DNA of 64,000 nt, from the NCBI RefSeq assembly GCF_006345805.1, contig NC_043014.1, forward strand, positions 50,902,001 through 50,966,000. Direction: 5' to 3'. Shown in pieces: positions 53,337-64,000 of the stretch. Made by a program: the position numbers and the translations under genes. The notes under the pieces were generated by a model. It did not search any database and was not told where the DNA came from. It was given only the letters and a program-made list of their open reading frames with translations. This DNA comes from Octopus sinensis (Eukaryota). Every line of letters starts with the position of its first letter. Within the stretch, counting starts at the first letter, position 1.

Positions 53337-53690
53337 CACTCCGTCGGTTACGACGACGAGGGTTCCAGTTGATCCGATCGACGGAACAGCCTGCTCGTGA
53401 AATTAACGTGCAAGTGGCTGAGCACTCCACAAAAAGGTGTACTTTTAAAGTAGTTCTTGGGGAGATTCAGCGTGACACAGATGTGACAGGGCCGGCCCTT
53501 TGAAATACAGGTACAACAGAAACATGGGGAAAGACTGAGAGAAAGTTGTGGTGAAAGAATACAGCAGTGTTCGTCACCATCCCTGCCAGAGAGCCCCGTG
53601 GAGATTGAAGTGTTTTCGCTCAATATACGCACACATTGCCTGGTCTGGGAATCGAAACCGCGATCCCACGACCGACATTGCGCCTCCACA
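53337..53690 (-). mobile_element. SINE family C head/body with a different 3' module
   Basis: gtggaggcgcaatg...gcggtttcgattccca...ctctggcaggg.tggtg.cga...tactcttt.....caactttctctca shared with 28428; the 3' part ends ..gtcgtaaccgacggagtgcca instead of the V-like module. Confidence 0.8.
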
Positions 53691-54954
53691 CTGATAAATA
53701 TTAGGTGTTGATGGAGTTAAGCTATCAGGCTTCGGTATAGTGTCATATGTAACGTTGTAGAAAGACAATTAGATTTGTCTTAACATACTTGCAGTTTCGC
53801 ACTTCTGCCCCCGCTATTTATACCGATCTGGTGGCCGATGTGGGGGAACCGGTGAATATAATGAGCATTTGATTTCTGATTGAGGGCGCAAATCTTTCCA
53901 GTCGCCTTTCTTATTTCTGGTGGTTTGGAAAAGGAAAAAAACCCAAATAAATTCACCGATCACCAAAAGACTTTCAGAGATAACGATGATGTTCTAATTC
54001 TCTTTTTGGTCTCAAGCAAGGATTATTTCGCGGCACAAAACTGCAACGAAAATCTCTTAAACATTCTATTCAAAAACTTCTTGCTCTAATTTTTACCAAT
54101 GCTGAATTATCAACCTCAGGAGGAAGACTTTTAAAACGGTCATATATTGTCTATTAACATCGGTGGTGGAATATATTTCGGGAAATTGCAACAATTGGTA
54201 AGATGCTTTATATCCTGGAGGCTACAAAAATATTTAGCAACAGGAACATTTGAATGTTCGTCACATTTCTTCTTTCTCTCTTTCTTTATTTTTTCTTTCT
54301 AAAAATTTTTTTTTGTTTTTAGTTTATTCTTTTTGCATTCGGTTTATTATACAGCTTCCTCACAGTCTATCACGGATTACTAGCTTTACACGGATGTTTA
54401 AACTGATTAAATAATTAAATAAAGAGCTATAAAAAAAAATACAACAAAATATTAAATTGAATTAACTAAGTATGCACATAGAAAGAGATTTGTAGAGAGG
54501 GTGGGAGGAGAATTTATAGGAGGATTATAGAAACATTATTACTAATGCCATCAAGAGATCTAATCAACATACATCATAGAAAGAGCGCGGGATAATTATC
54601 TGAGAAGATAATATAATTTGAAATCGGGATAATTGCAATTACGGAGAATTTAGCATCAGTGCTACACCCACAATACACAATCATCGTACGTAATTCAACA
54701 ATTAAGGAATAATTATAATTGCTCATTTAATTAACAAATATTGATAGCAATATTAATAATGCTAATAATGACATGAATATAAATTAATAATGGGAAAGGA
54801 TAATGTGTTAATATGGCAGTCGCATTAGGGAAAGCTAAAGTGGATAGACAACACAAAATTGGGATGACAGAAAAGATTCCAGGACAAAAAGAACCCACCC
54901 CCCGCTCTTCAGGTGTGTGCATACTATATGGTGTTCGTAACCGATGAAGTGCTG

Positions 54955-55026
54955 CTTCTACTACTACTACTGCGATTACTACTACTGCTGCTGCTGCTGC
55001 CGCTGCTACAACTATTGCTGCTGCTG

Positions 55027-55075
<49 letters not shown>

Positions 55076-55203
55076 TACTACTACTACTGCTGCTATTACT
55101 ACTACTACTACTACTAATAATAATATAACAACAACAACAACAATAATAATAATAATAATAATAATAAGAATAATAATAATAAGAAGAAGAAGAAGAAGAA
55201 GAA
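54955..55203. repeat. Compound trinucleotide array CTA/CTG>TAA>GAA
   Basis: Direct reading; abuts the RLE fragment. Confidence 0.9.
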
Positions 55204-55890
55204 TCGGAAACAGGAAATCGGACATTGTTGTGGTGGATAAACACGGAAGAACATGTATAATAACCAACTTAACATACTGCGGTGACAACAGGATAGATGT
55301 GCAAGAAAAGAAAAAAACATAAGCTACTATGATGATATAAAGTGGGGAAAACGACGATTATGGTCAATGAAAAGAATAGACGTGATACCAATAGTAATTG
55401 GTGTACTTGGAAGTACCAGTACTCCACTACCAACATGGCTGAGAAAAATCGGGGCAAGTGTGAACGTAGAACACGTAGAAAAATCAGCATTGATTTGGTA
55501 CTGCAAGAATTCTTCGAAGGGTTCTTGAAGCATGACCAGGAGGCAGAAGTAGTGGGTGAGCATCATAGCCATGTGTTGAGAGGGATTCTTTGGGGATCTG
55601 AATAATTTGCCTCCGGAAACATGGGTGTTTCGTTCAACATCCCTAAACAACCCTTATTCAGGGACCTTTTGAGCGGGATGGGCTACTCGACTAGGAGAAA
55701 ATTCTAACTGGGCCCCACCTGCAAGGTCATGTGCTGTTTATCTTATTACGAGATCACCATGTCGCGCACATATGGTTGTGATGCATGTGCCTAGTGTACC
55801 CTTATCAGACGGGTAGTGATGATGATTATACTGGGCTTCGTGCATTTTACCCCAGTGTCACTTTGATGGCATGCACTGCTCTCTCACTCA
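55203..55890 (+). mobile_element. 3' fragment of another R4/Dong subfamily (RLE, stop at 55533-55535, ~350-nt downstream segment ending at TAA repeats)
   Basis: NRKSDIVVVDK...YDDIKW...LWSMKRIDVIPIVIGVLG...GTARILRRVLEA*; ends cactca|ataataataataat then (GAT)n. Whether 55540-55890 is UTR or a separate repeat is unresolved. Confidence 0.75.
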
Positions 55891-55908
55891 ATAATAATAA
55901 TAATGATG

Positions 55909-55970
<62 letters not shown>

Positions 55971-58003
55971 ATAGAAAATTTCTGAAACTGTAGGGTGCGG
56001 AGTATTCGCTATTTCATCAATTGCAGTACTTAACTGAAAGTTATCATCACCAAAAGGAGAATGGTAAGAGACGAGGATGGTGAAAACGATAATGAAAATA
56101 GCGGCACTATTATGTGTAATAATATGAGAACATCAAATGATCATGCTGGCCTTAGAGAGGTTTAAGTGTCGAAAGTCATTTAGTATCGCAAATGTTGATG
56201 TAACATTATCGTCCATGACGCGTTGCTGGTGTTTTTTCCCCCCCGAAATCGATATCATTCTAGAAGCCAAGTAAGTTATGTGTATTTTATGCCTGTAAGA
56301 GTTTATCAATATCTTTTATTTAGAAGCTGCATTTTAGCAAAGCCACAATAAGTTCGCTGCATCGAAAAGAAACAAAAAAACCCCAGAACTCGGGTTTCTT
56401 TCACCCCATAAAATGTCGCTATGGCCAGAATTTTATAATGAACCTTATTTTCTACAGAGTTTTCCTGAGCAACAATTCTTTGGTATAACTCAATGATGGG
56501 CTTTCTGAATGAATAAAGCTTTTACTTGTATTTTGTGGGGTATCCATTTGCAGCGAATCGTAAATATGTGTCTGTGTGTATGTGAGTGTGTGCGTGCGTG
56601 TGTATGTGTGTGTATCTATGTCCACACATACCTATTATGTATAAATATTTATGTTTATATATATATATACATACATACATATATATATATGTACATACAT
56701 GCATAAAAATATATACAATATACATGTGTATATATGTGCATGTGTATCATATTATATATATACATATATATATATGTGTGTGTGTGTGTAAAAGTAAAAA
56801 AGGACACACAAACTCTCTCTCTCTCTCTCTCACACACACACATACACACATATATATATATATATATTATATATATATATATATATATACATATATACAT
56901 TTAAATATGGATATGTAATATACGTATGTATATGAATAAATGTATACATGCATATCTGTCTCTGTGAATATGGAAATTTATACAGATACCAATTCGAAAC
57001 GACAGAACATTAGTGGGTCGAACTGGAGTTATATCTCATAAAATATTATTTGTTTCATGAAATCGGTTTATCAGCTACCTGAATCGCCAATAAAGGTTTC
57101 ATGTTGTCCAACAGAGATTTCTACCACCTTTAGCTATTAAATTACTGTTAACCAGTTGTGTGGGCTAGATATAGCGTACAGCCGGTGTTGCCAAAATTCT
57201 AACGTAATATGTTGATCACGTTTTATACAACCGGAAATAAGTTCTCTTACTTAAAAGCAGAGATAATAATTCACAAGTTGCTTCAATGGGCAACAACTAT
57301 GAACAATGAACGATAAACTACAAACATCAACAACACAGAGCACAATTTCGATTGAGTTATTATTCTTAGAAACGGTTGAGTAGTTATTAAAAACTGTAAA
57401 TACGTGCTATGACAAAAGACGATGCAAAATCGATGAAAGAATAAATCAAACTTGAAATATAACATATAATTAAATGTGAGTGGTCAACAAATCGAGCAAG
57501 TTCTTTAGCATCGCCTATATTTTTCTGTTTATTGAGAGCATAGAAAGATGTGTTTACAACTGTTTACAATTATAGAGTGAAAGTGTTAAAATATAATTTG
57601 GTAATTCTAAATTCATATCATGTATTCAAATACTCGCTGGGGTAAATCGTAAATATTTATTAGATTTTAATCTCAGCGTTGAAAATTAAACAGAAATATT
57701 TATTAATTATTTGATCACAATGACAGTAAACAACAGATATGCAAATGACTTCCACACACAATATATACTACGATTCCTTCTGATTGATTTAAATAGCAAG
57801 GAATTTTATTCAAAAATAGCTGAAGATGGTAAATTTGCAGTGGTATAGGAAAACCAGTCTATTAAAACCACGTTTATATTAAGCTTTCTGACGTGTTCTT
57901 ACCTATAGCATTTTAATGTGTATGTGTGTATGTGAGCGAGTGTGCATGTTTGAGTGTGTGTATGTGAGTATATATATGTATATATATACATGTATATTAT
58001 ATA

Positions 58004-58089
<86 letters not shown>

Positions 58090-58288
58090 ATATAATATAT
58101 ATATTTATATATCTGTGGGGGGTGTATAATTTATCTGGGTTGAGAGGTTTGCCCAGGACAATAAATAACCAGTGTGGGGTTTTGAGGTCAGTAGAAACCA
58201 ACCTATTATTTATTGAAAGTTAATGTTAATTTATCTTTCAACATCCTCCCAGGAGTGATGTCTCTCTCTTCCTCTCTCGTTATACATC

Positions 58289-58323
<35 letters not shown>

Positions 58324-58748
58324 CAATGTGCGTGTCTGTTATTTATGGTTTATTTTAGTTTTCCGTTTTACCTACTTTAACAGCACCGCATTCCTGGTTC
58401 TTCTCCCACTGCTCCATCGTAATAACCTTTGACCCATCAGTAAACCTCTTCTTGAGTCAGTGTTTCTGATTCTCTCTCCTTCTCCTCCTCCTCCTCCGCC
58501 GTCTCCTCCCAGTCTTCGACTAAATAATCCTTGCATCTTCCATAAAATTCACCTTACTCTCCTGCAAATACCATATGCTTAATGCAGCTGAATATATACG
58601 TTCTAGGATGCTGACTATCAATTTGATACACAAATCTTAACCTCCACTCAGCCTCTAAACGCTGACGCACAAACACACACACACAAATACACACACACAC
58701 ATGCACACACACTCACACACATATATGCAAATATATATATATATACAA

Positions 58749-58806
<58 letters not shown>

Positions 58807-58944
58807 CTCCAAACAAAGAAGAGAAATCAAGAACAAGCAATATTGTGAGGACGTAGTAAAGTACTCTATTATCAGAGGGTCAAAAAAGGAAGGGAAGATG
58901 GACGAAGAAAATCGCCAACGATTGCCCTTTTTCGATCCCATGAC

Positions 58945-58945
58945 G

Positions 58946-58984
<39 letters not shown>

Positions 58985-59092
58985 ATATATATGTATATAT
59001 ATGTATATATGTATATATATGTATATAATATATGTGTGTATATATGTATATTATATATATACATTTCATATATATATAATAAATAATAAATA

Positions 59093-59146
<54 letters not shown>

Positions 59147-59151
59147 TATAT

Positions 59152-59189
<38 letters not shown>

Positions 59190-59365
59190 TATATTTATTT
59201 ATATATATATATATATATGAATATGTATATATATATATATACACACACTATATATATATATACATATATATATATACATATATACATATATATACATATA
59301 TATATTATATATATATATATATTATATATATATATATATATATATTTGTATATGTATATATATGT
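58945..59365. repeat. Long interrupted (TA)n array, representative of many in the window
   Basis: Direct reading; similar tracts at 1636-1790, 3140-3585, 10348-10570, 52290-52445 and 57970-58110. Confidence 0.95.
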
Positions 59366-60523
59366 ACACAGAGGGCAAGCGAGAAGGGAGAGAGAGAGAG
59401 AGAGAGAGAGAGAAGAGACGGTTACTGAGCTTTTATAACTTTATTTCAACTCCTTTTGCTCCTGAACCATTATTATTGAACTGCCCTAAGGACCAGGTGT
59501 GAATACATATAAAATATTTTACCGCGAAATTTCCCGGAATGGAAGGCTGGACGTAGTGATTAGCGCAGTTCTTGGGTATCGATGTGACTGAATACGGAAG
59601 GAAGGGAGACACAAAGGATAGGAATGCTTGAGGAACAATGGCACGAGACCAACTACTTCAGAGGAACAGAAGCCATTATGATTGAGGGGAGATATTTAAA
59701 AGAATGAAAATCCGGCAATGTAGCCCAATCTTGGAATCGTTCCAGTGATTCTGTTTGTGATGCAGCTACATCTCCGCCCATATATACGAACAATATACCT
59801 GTGTGTGCATGTGTGTGTGTGTGCCTACCTGAAGTATGTATACCTTCCATGTTAAAGCTTCAAATATCATTTATCTTAGAAGGGATGATTTGGGGTTCAA
59901 TTATGCTAAGCACTTTGCATTCGCTGAGAAGATTAATTCTCTGATAGTGAGACCCAACGATTCCATGAATGCATGCATGATTGCATCCATCTGTCCGTCC
60001 ATCCGTCCCTCCATTAATTATTTAATTCATTTTTCCGTTCACTGGCATGGTGTATATTTTCGTCAGTCTCCAAAGAACGTGAAGTAAATTTGATATTGAT
60101 GGCATTTGCTCGGAATGGCAAAACAGGTAACACATTTCATTCTTGTCGATAATTTAGTGTTCCACAAGTCCGTTACATAGACACATACAAACACACACCG
60201 ATACACACATACAAACGCCATATGCATATATATATATATATATATATATATTATCCGAATTTCATAGTATTAAGTATACATCACGGCTGGTCGTAGCCAT
60301 AGGTTTCGCGTAAAAATACAATGGAGTGTTACATATGTATAATATGCGTGTGTGTATTTGTATGCGATGAGCTTTACACAGTTTCCATTCTACGAAATTC
60401 ATTGGAAACTGTATCGTCAGGTTTGCATTATTTTAGGAAGAAACATGGCGCTTGTTGTCTCTGAATTAAAAACAAAATTATGTGTTTAGTAAGCAAAATG
60501 GTTAAGCTCACAGCCATATTCTG

Positions 60524-60577
<54 letters not shown>

Positions 60578-63567
60578 TATATATATTTATTTATGTATTT
60601 ATGTATGTATGTATGTATATGAATATGAATAGATTTATGAGACGAATCCTGCAAAGAGTTACTCATAAAGAAAAAAATAATTCAGACATAATATATATGT
60701 ATATTTGCTCTCTATATATTTATAGTTTTATAAGCATGTTCATAGCCATACGTATAGGCTGAGATTTAGAATGCGGGTACCCACAACACAATGTCGCCGT
60801 AGTGGTTGTAGCGGTGGTGTTAGAGGTGACGATGGATGTGGTATAGACGGATTTGGTAGTCGTCGTACTGCTTCTCGGGGGGGGATGGGGGGGGAGGTGA
60901 TGCTCTACGTTAAAAAGTGTTTGATTATATAGTCTTTCTATGTATCACATCTGCTCATTTCGACATAGAAAAATGAACAAAAGCTGCATTGGTAACACGC
61001 ATAATATTATAATATAGATTTTTGTGCAAAATTTTGTGCACTTGCTACAATAAAGCAAGGAAATTAAGTTAGCATCAAACAGTGTTACTCAGCGGCGTTC
61101 TATTGATCGAATGTTATTTGATTATGTTTGTAGATTATTGGTTTGTACAGAGCATATGGCTTTAAACCGAAGTGCTACATTCAGTCTTTTATCTCTTGTA
61201 AATGTCGTTAAGAGACTTTTCCCAAGGAAATTTTATATACTATGACGCTGATGAATGCTAGATAATATCACAGAATTTTCGATACATGAATTAAAAATTA
61301 ATATGAACATAATATAATATTCCACAATATTACATTATAAGAATAATACATAATTTCTCAGTTATCAACAAGTGAAGAACAAAAGCACAACCTATATTTT
61401 AGCATAAACTAAACTAAGCCGGTGACCTGAGAACAATGCTGTTCAGAATAATTTTCCTACAAGTTAGGAACATATTATTGTCAGTGTCTCGAAGCCAGTT
61501 TTGTCTTTCAGCGTTTAAAGTGTATTTAGCGAATAATTACTTGAAAATAATGCAAATTTCTAAATGTGAAATCGATGGAAGCGTATGGGCGATTGAATAA
61601 CTTCATGAATATTTCAAACCGATATCATTGCAAAGACGTTGTATATTCTCGTCTCTATTGGATTACACACACATACAGACGCACGCACGCCCACACACTC
61701 ACACACATACACTCACACGCACATACACACACACATACACTCACACATACTCTCACACAAACACACACACACACACACACATATATACATTATATATATA
61801 TCAGTATATATATAAATATATATATATATATTTATATATATCTACTTTTATAAAAGAATATATATAAACACACACACACACATAAATATATTTATATATA
61901 TACAATCATACATATATATGTATATAGATATATATATGTGTGTGTGTATGCTTATGTGTATGTTTACATATCTTCTTGTAGGTACATATATATATATATA
62001 TAATATATATATATATGTATGTATATACATACATACATATATATGTACATACATACATACATACATATATACATATATATATATATACATACATACATAC
62101 ATATAAACATATATATATACACGCAAAGACATATCAGAGTGTCTAGTGTAAGAACTGTTGATAAAGCGTCTGTAAATACCAGTCACCTTCCCTCAAAGCG
62201 CAGAGAATTAACAAAGAGGACACATTGAAATAACATAGAACTGGATGCAGAATGGAAGATACAGAATGGAAGATAACGACACAATGCATGTAATTGTCTT
62301 TCTCCTCATTCATGTTTGAACTGGGCATAAACCAACGAAAAGACAAACGACAAAAAATGCAAAAAAATAACTGTTTTACAGCCCGAATGGCTACATAAAA
62401 GTGTGTATCTAATTAGATTTTGTACATGAGTTTAAACATAAGCACCTCCAACGACAAAACCGCCACCATCAACAACAACAACGAGAATATATTTACTGCA
62501 TTATTATTTCCAAAGTTTGCTTTTGGCCACAAATATTTCAGGAAGGAAGGAAGGAAGTGGTACTATAGAAATTCTGTTCTAGTTTTTTTTTTTTTACTCT
62601 TATACTTATCGACTACTACAAGAATGAAAGCGGGTGGATTGTATCCTGATTTTTTGAAATAAGTAGATAGTATTTAGTCAGTCAATTGTTATTGGTCGAA
62701 CGTGGTCATGTGAATAGAATTTTATATCGCACCATTCAGGATTATAATTCCACTGATTGCTATCTCTCTTGTTATATAAGGGAGAACACTCGCTTTAGTC
62801 TTGCCAAAATTTTTGCATGGCTCCCATAATGTCTATATTATTCTAGTTGGTTCTGTGTTGAAGAACTGCGGTTAATATAACCGATCTTTTAATTCAGTGA
62901 TATGATTCACTCTTACACAATTTGGAATCTTTCTGTCATGGAAAATTTTTCATTTATGGATAAACTATCCAAACGTAATTAGAGAGGCAGTTAGTGTTCT
63001 AGAAATCTCTCCATTTGAATAAATAAATGTCAAGTTATAACATGTCTTTAGAGTTTTGTTTTGGTGGAAAGCCTGACTCATCTCATGTGCCTTATATTTC
63101 ACTGCCTTGCAGCTGAATACTTACCCTTGCGGGTAGTTTCCGTGGTTTCTACAGTTAAAATATAGTAGCTGGTGTTGTGTCTATCTCAGATCATATTGGG
63201 ATATGATAGGGGAGATAAATGAGAAATCAACATACGGAAAGGGTTTTGAAAATAGAAATTCTGTATACAGTGGAAGTGATTTTGTTATTGAAGACCAACC
63301 TGACAACCATTTTTAGAAGAGAACTGCAGATTGTAAGGCACGGAATATTACGTGATCTGTATGTGGAGAAATATTGGTGGAGGCTATGAATTATTTGTAT
63401 GGGATTCCCTTTCCTAATCTTTGAAACGAGAGTTGCAAAGATTGATAGGTTTTCTACAGAAGAGTAAAGTCTTGATTTTTGTTGTTGTTTTGATATTTAT
63501 GATAACTGACCATTCATATTTATAATGTAAAACTTGACCAGTTTATATCATTCTTTTCTATTATAGA

Positions 63568-63722
63568 AATAATACATTTCTAAATCTCTCAGAGAGATTT
63601 ATACAGTAGCAGCACAATAAAGTTATAGTATATTGTCAACTTAATGTGACAGTCCCATGAAAAGGAAGAATGCTACTGTTATTTAGCCCCAGGAAACACT
63701 GTTTCCTGTTGGCTTTGACACA
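63568..63722 (+). mobile_element. Solo left-arm copy of the 20205-20651 foldback
   Basis: atttctaaatctctcagagagatttat.cagtagcagca...gtcaacttaatgtga.agtc.catgaaa.ggaagaat.ctactgttattta.ccc.aggaaacac.gtttcctgttgg aligns to 20215-20360. Confidence 0.85.
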
Positions 63723-64000
63723 TATTATTTCTATTATTTGAAAATGGTAGTGAAAACTTGAAGAATAATAGGTAGTTACTTCTAGCATTCTTAGTGAGTA
63801 TAGAAAGAGCCTACGATGGCAATGATGGTATTATATCACATTTGATAAGTAAGTAGACAGCTGCGGTTGCTGCGACAGACGTGTATAGAAAAACAACGTT
63901 CAAGCTAAAAGTGAGATCAGTTTTTCTAAGTATGGATGGGTTAACATCCTCCAGTCTGTTGATAACTTCAGTGGGGCTTTTAATATGTTCTGGGAAGGTT

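Noticed and set aside
59523-59587. Candidate 65-nt minus-strand exon (similar candidates near 23.5, 38.4, 57.1 and 58.4 kb)
   Set aside because: Weak donor or no consistent open frame; such patterns are expected by chance in 64 kb without expression data.

Overview
AT-rich eukaryotic DNA that is very dense in microsatellites and looks intronic or intergenic. The repeat families resemble what I recall from Octopus (coleoid cephalopod) genomes; this is an inference, not a database result. No complete host gene or tRNA/rRNA gene is recognisable, and most ORFs in the track are translations of (TA)n, (CA)n, (TCTA)n or trinucleotide arrays. The window contains: (1) six R4/Dong-type RLE non-LTR retrotransposon pieces. 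One is a young 5'-truncated RT-CCHC-RLE copy (6288-8620) inside a (TAA)n array, broken only by two A-homopolymer indels; another is an RT-less internally deleted derivative. (2) Three tRNA-derived SINE families in many copies, plus a CR1/L2-group LINE 3' end that shares its terminal motif and stem-loop with one of them. (3) Two copies of a non-autonomous Helitron, a mariner remnant, a small MITE and several long foldbacks. (4) A ~987-bp near-identical tandem duplication. (5) A Penelope-like GIY-YIG remnant and six dispersed minimal type-I hammerhead-like motifs sharing an extra purine after the CUGANGA core, several in short (TA)n-bordered islands. The hammerhead set is the most interesting signal. 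All alignments and folds were done by eye.
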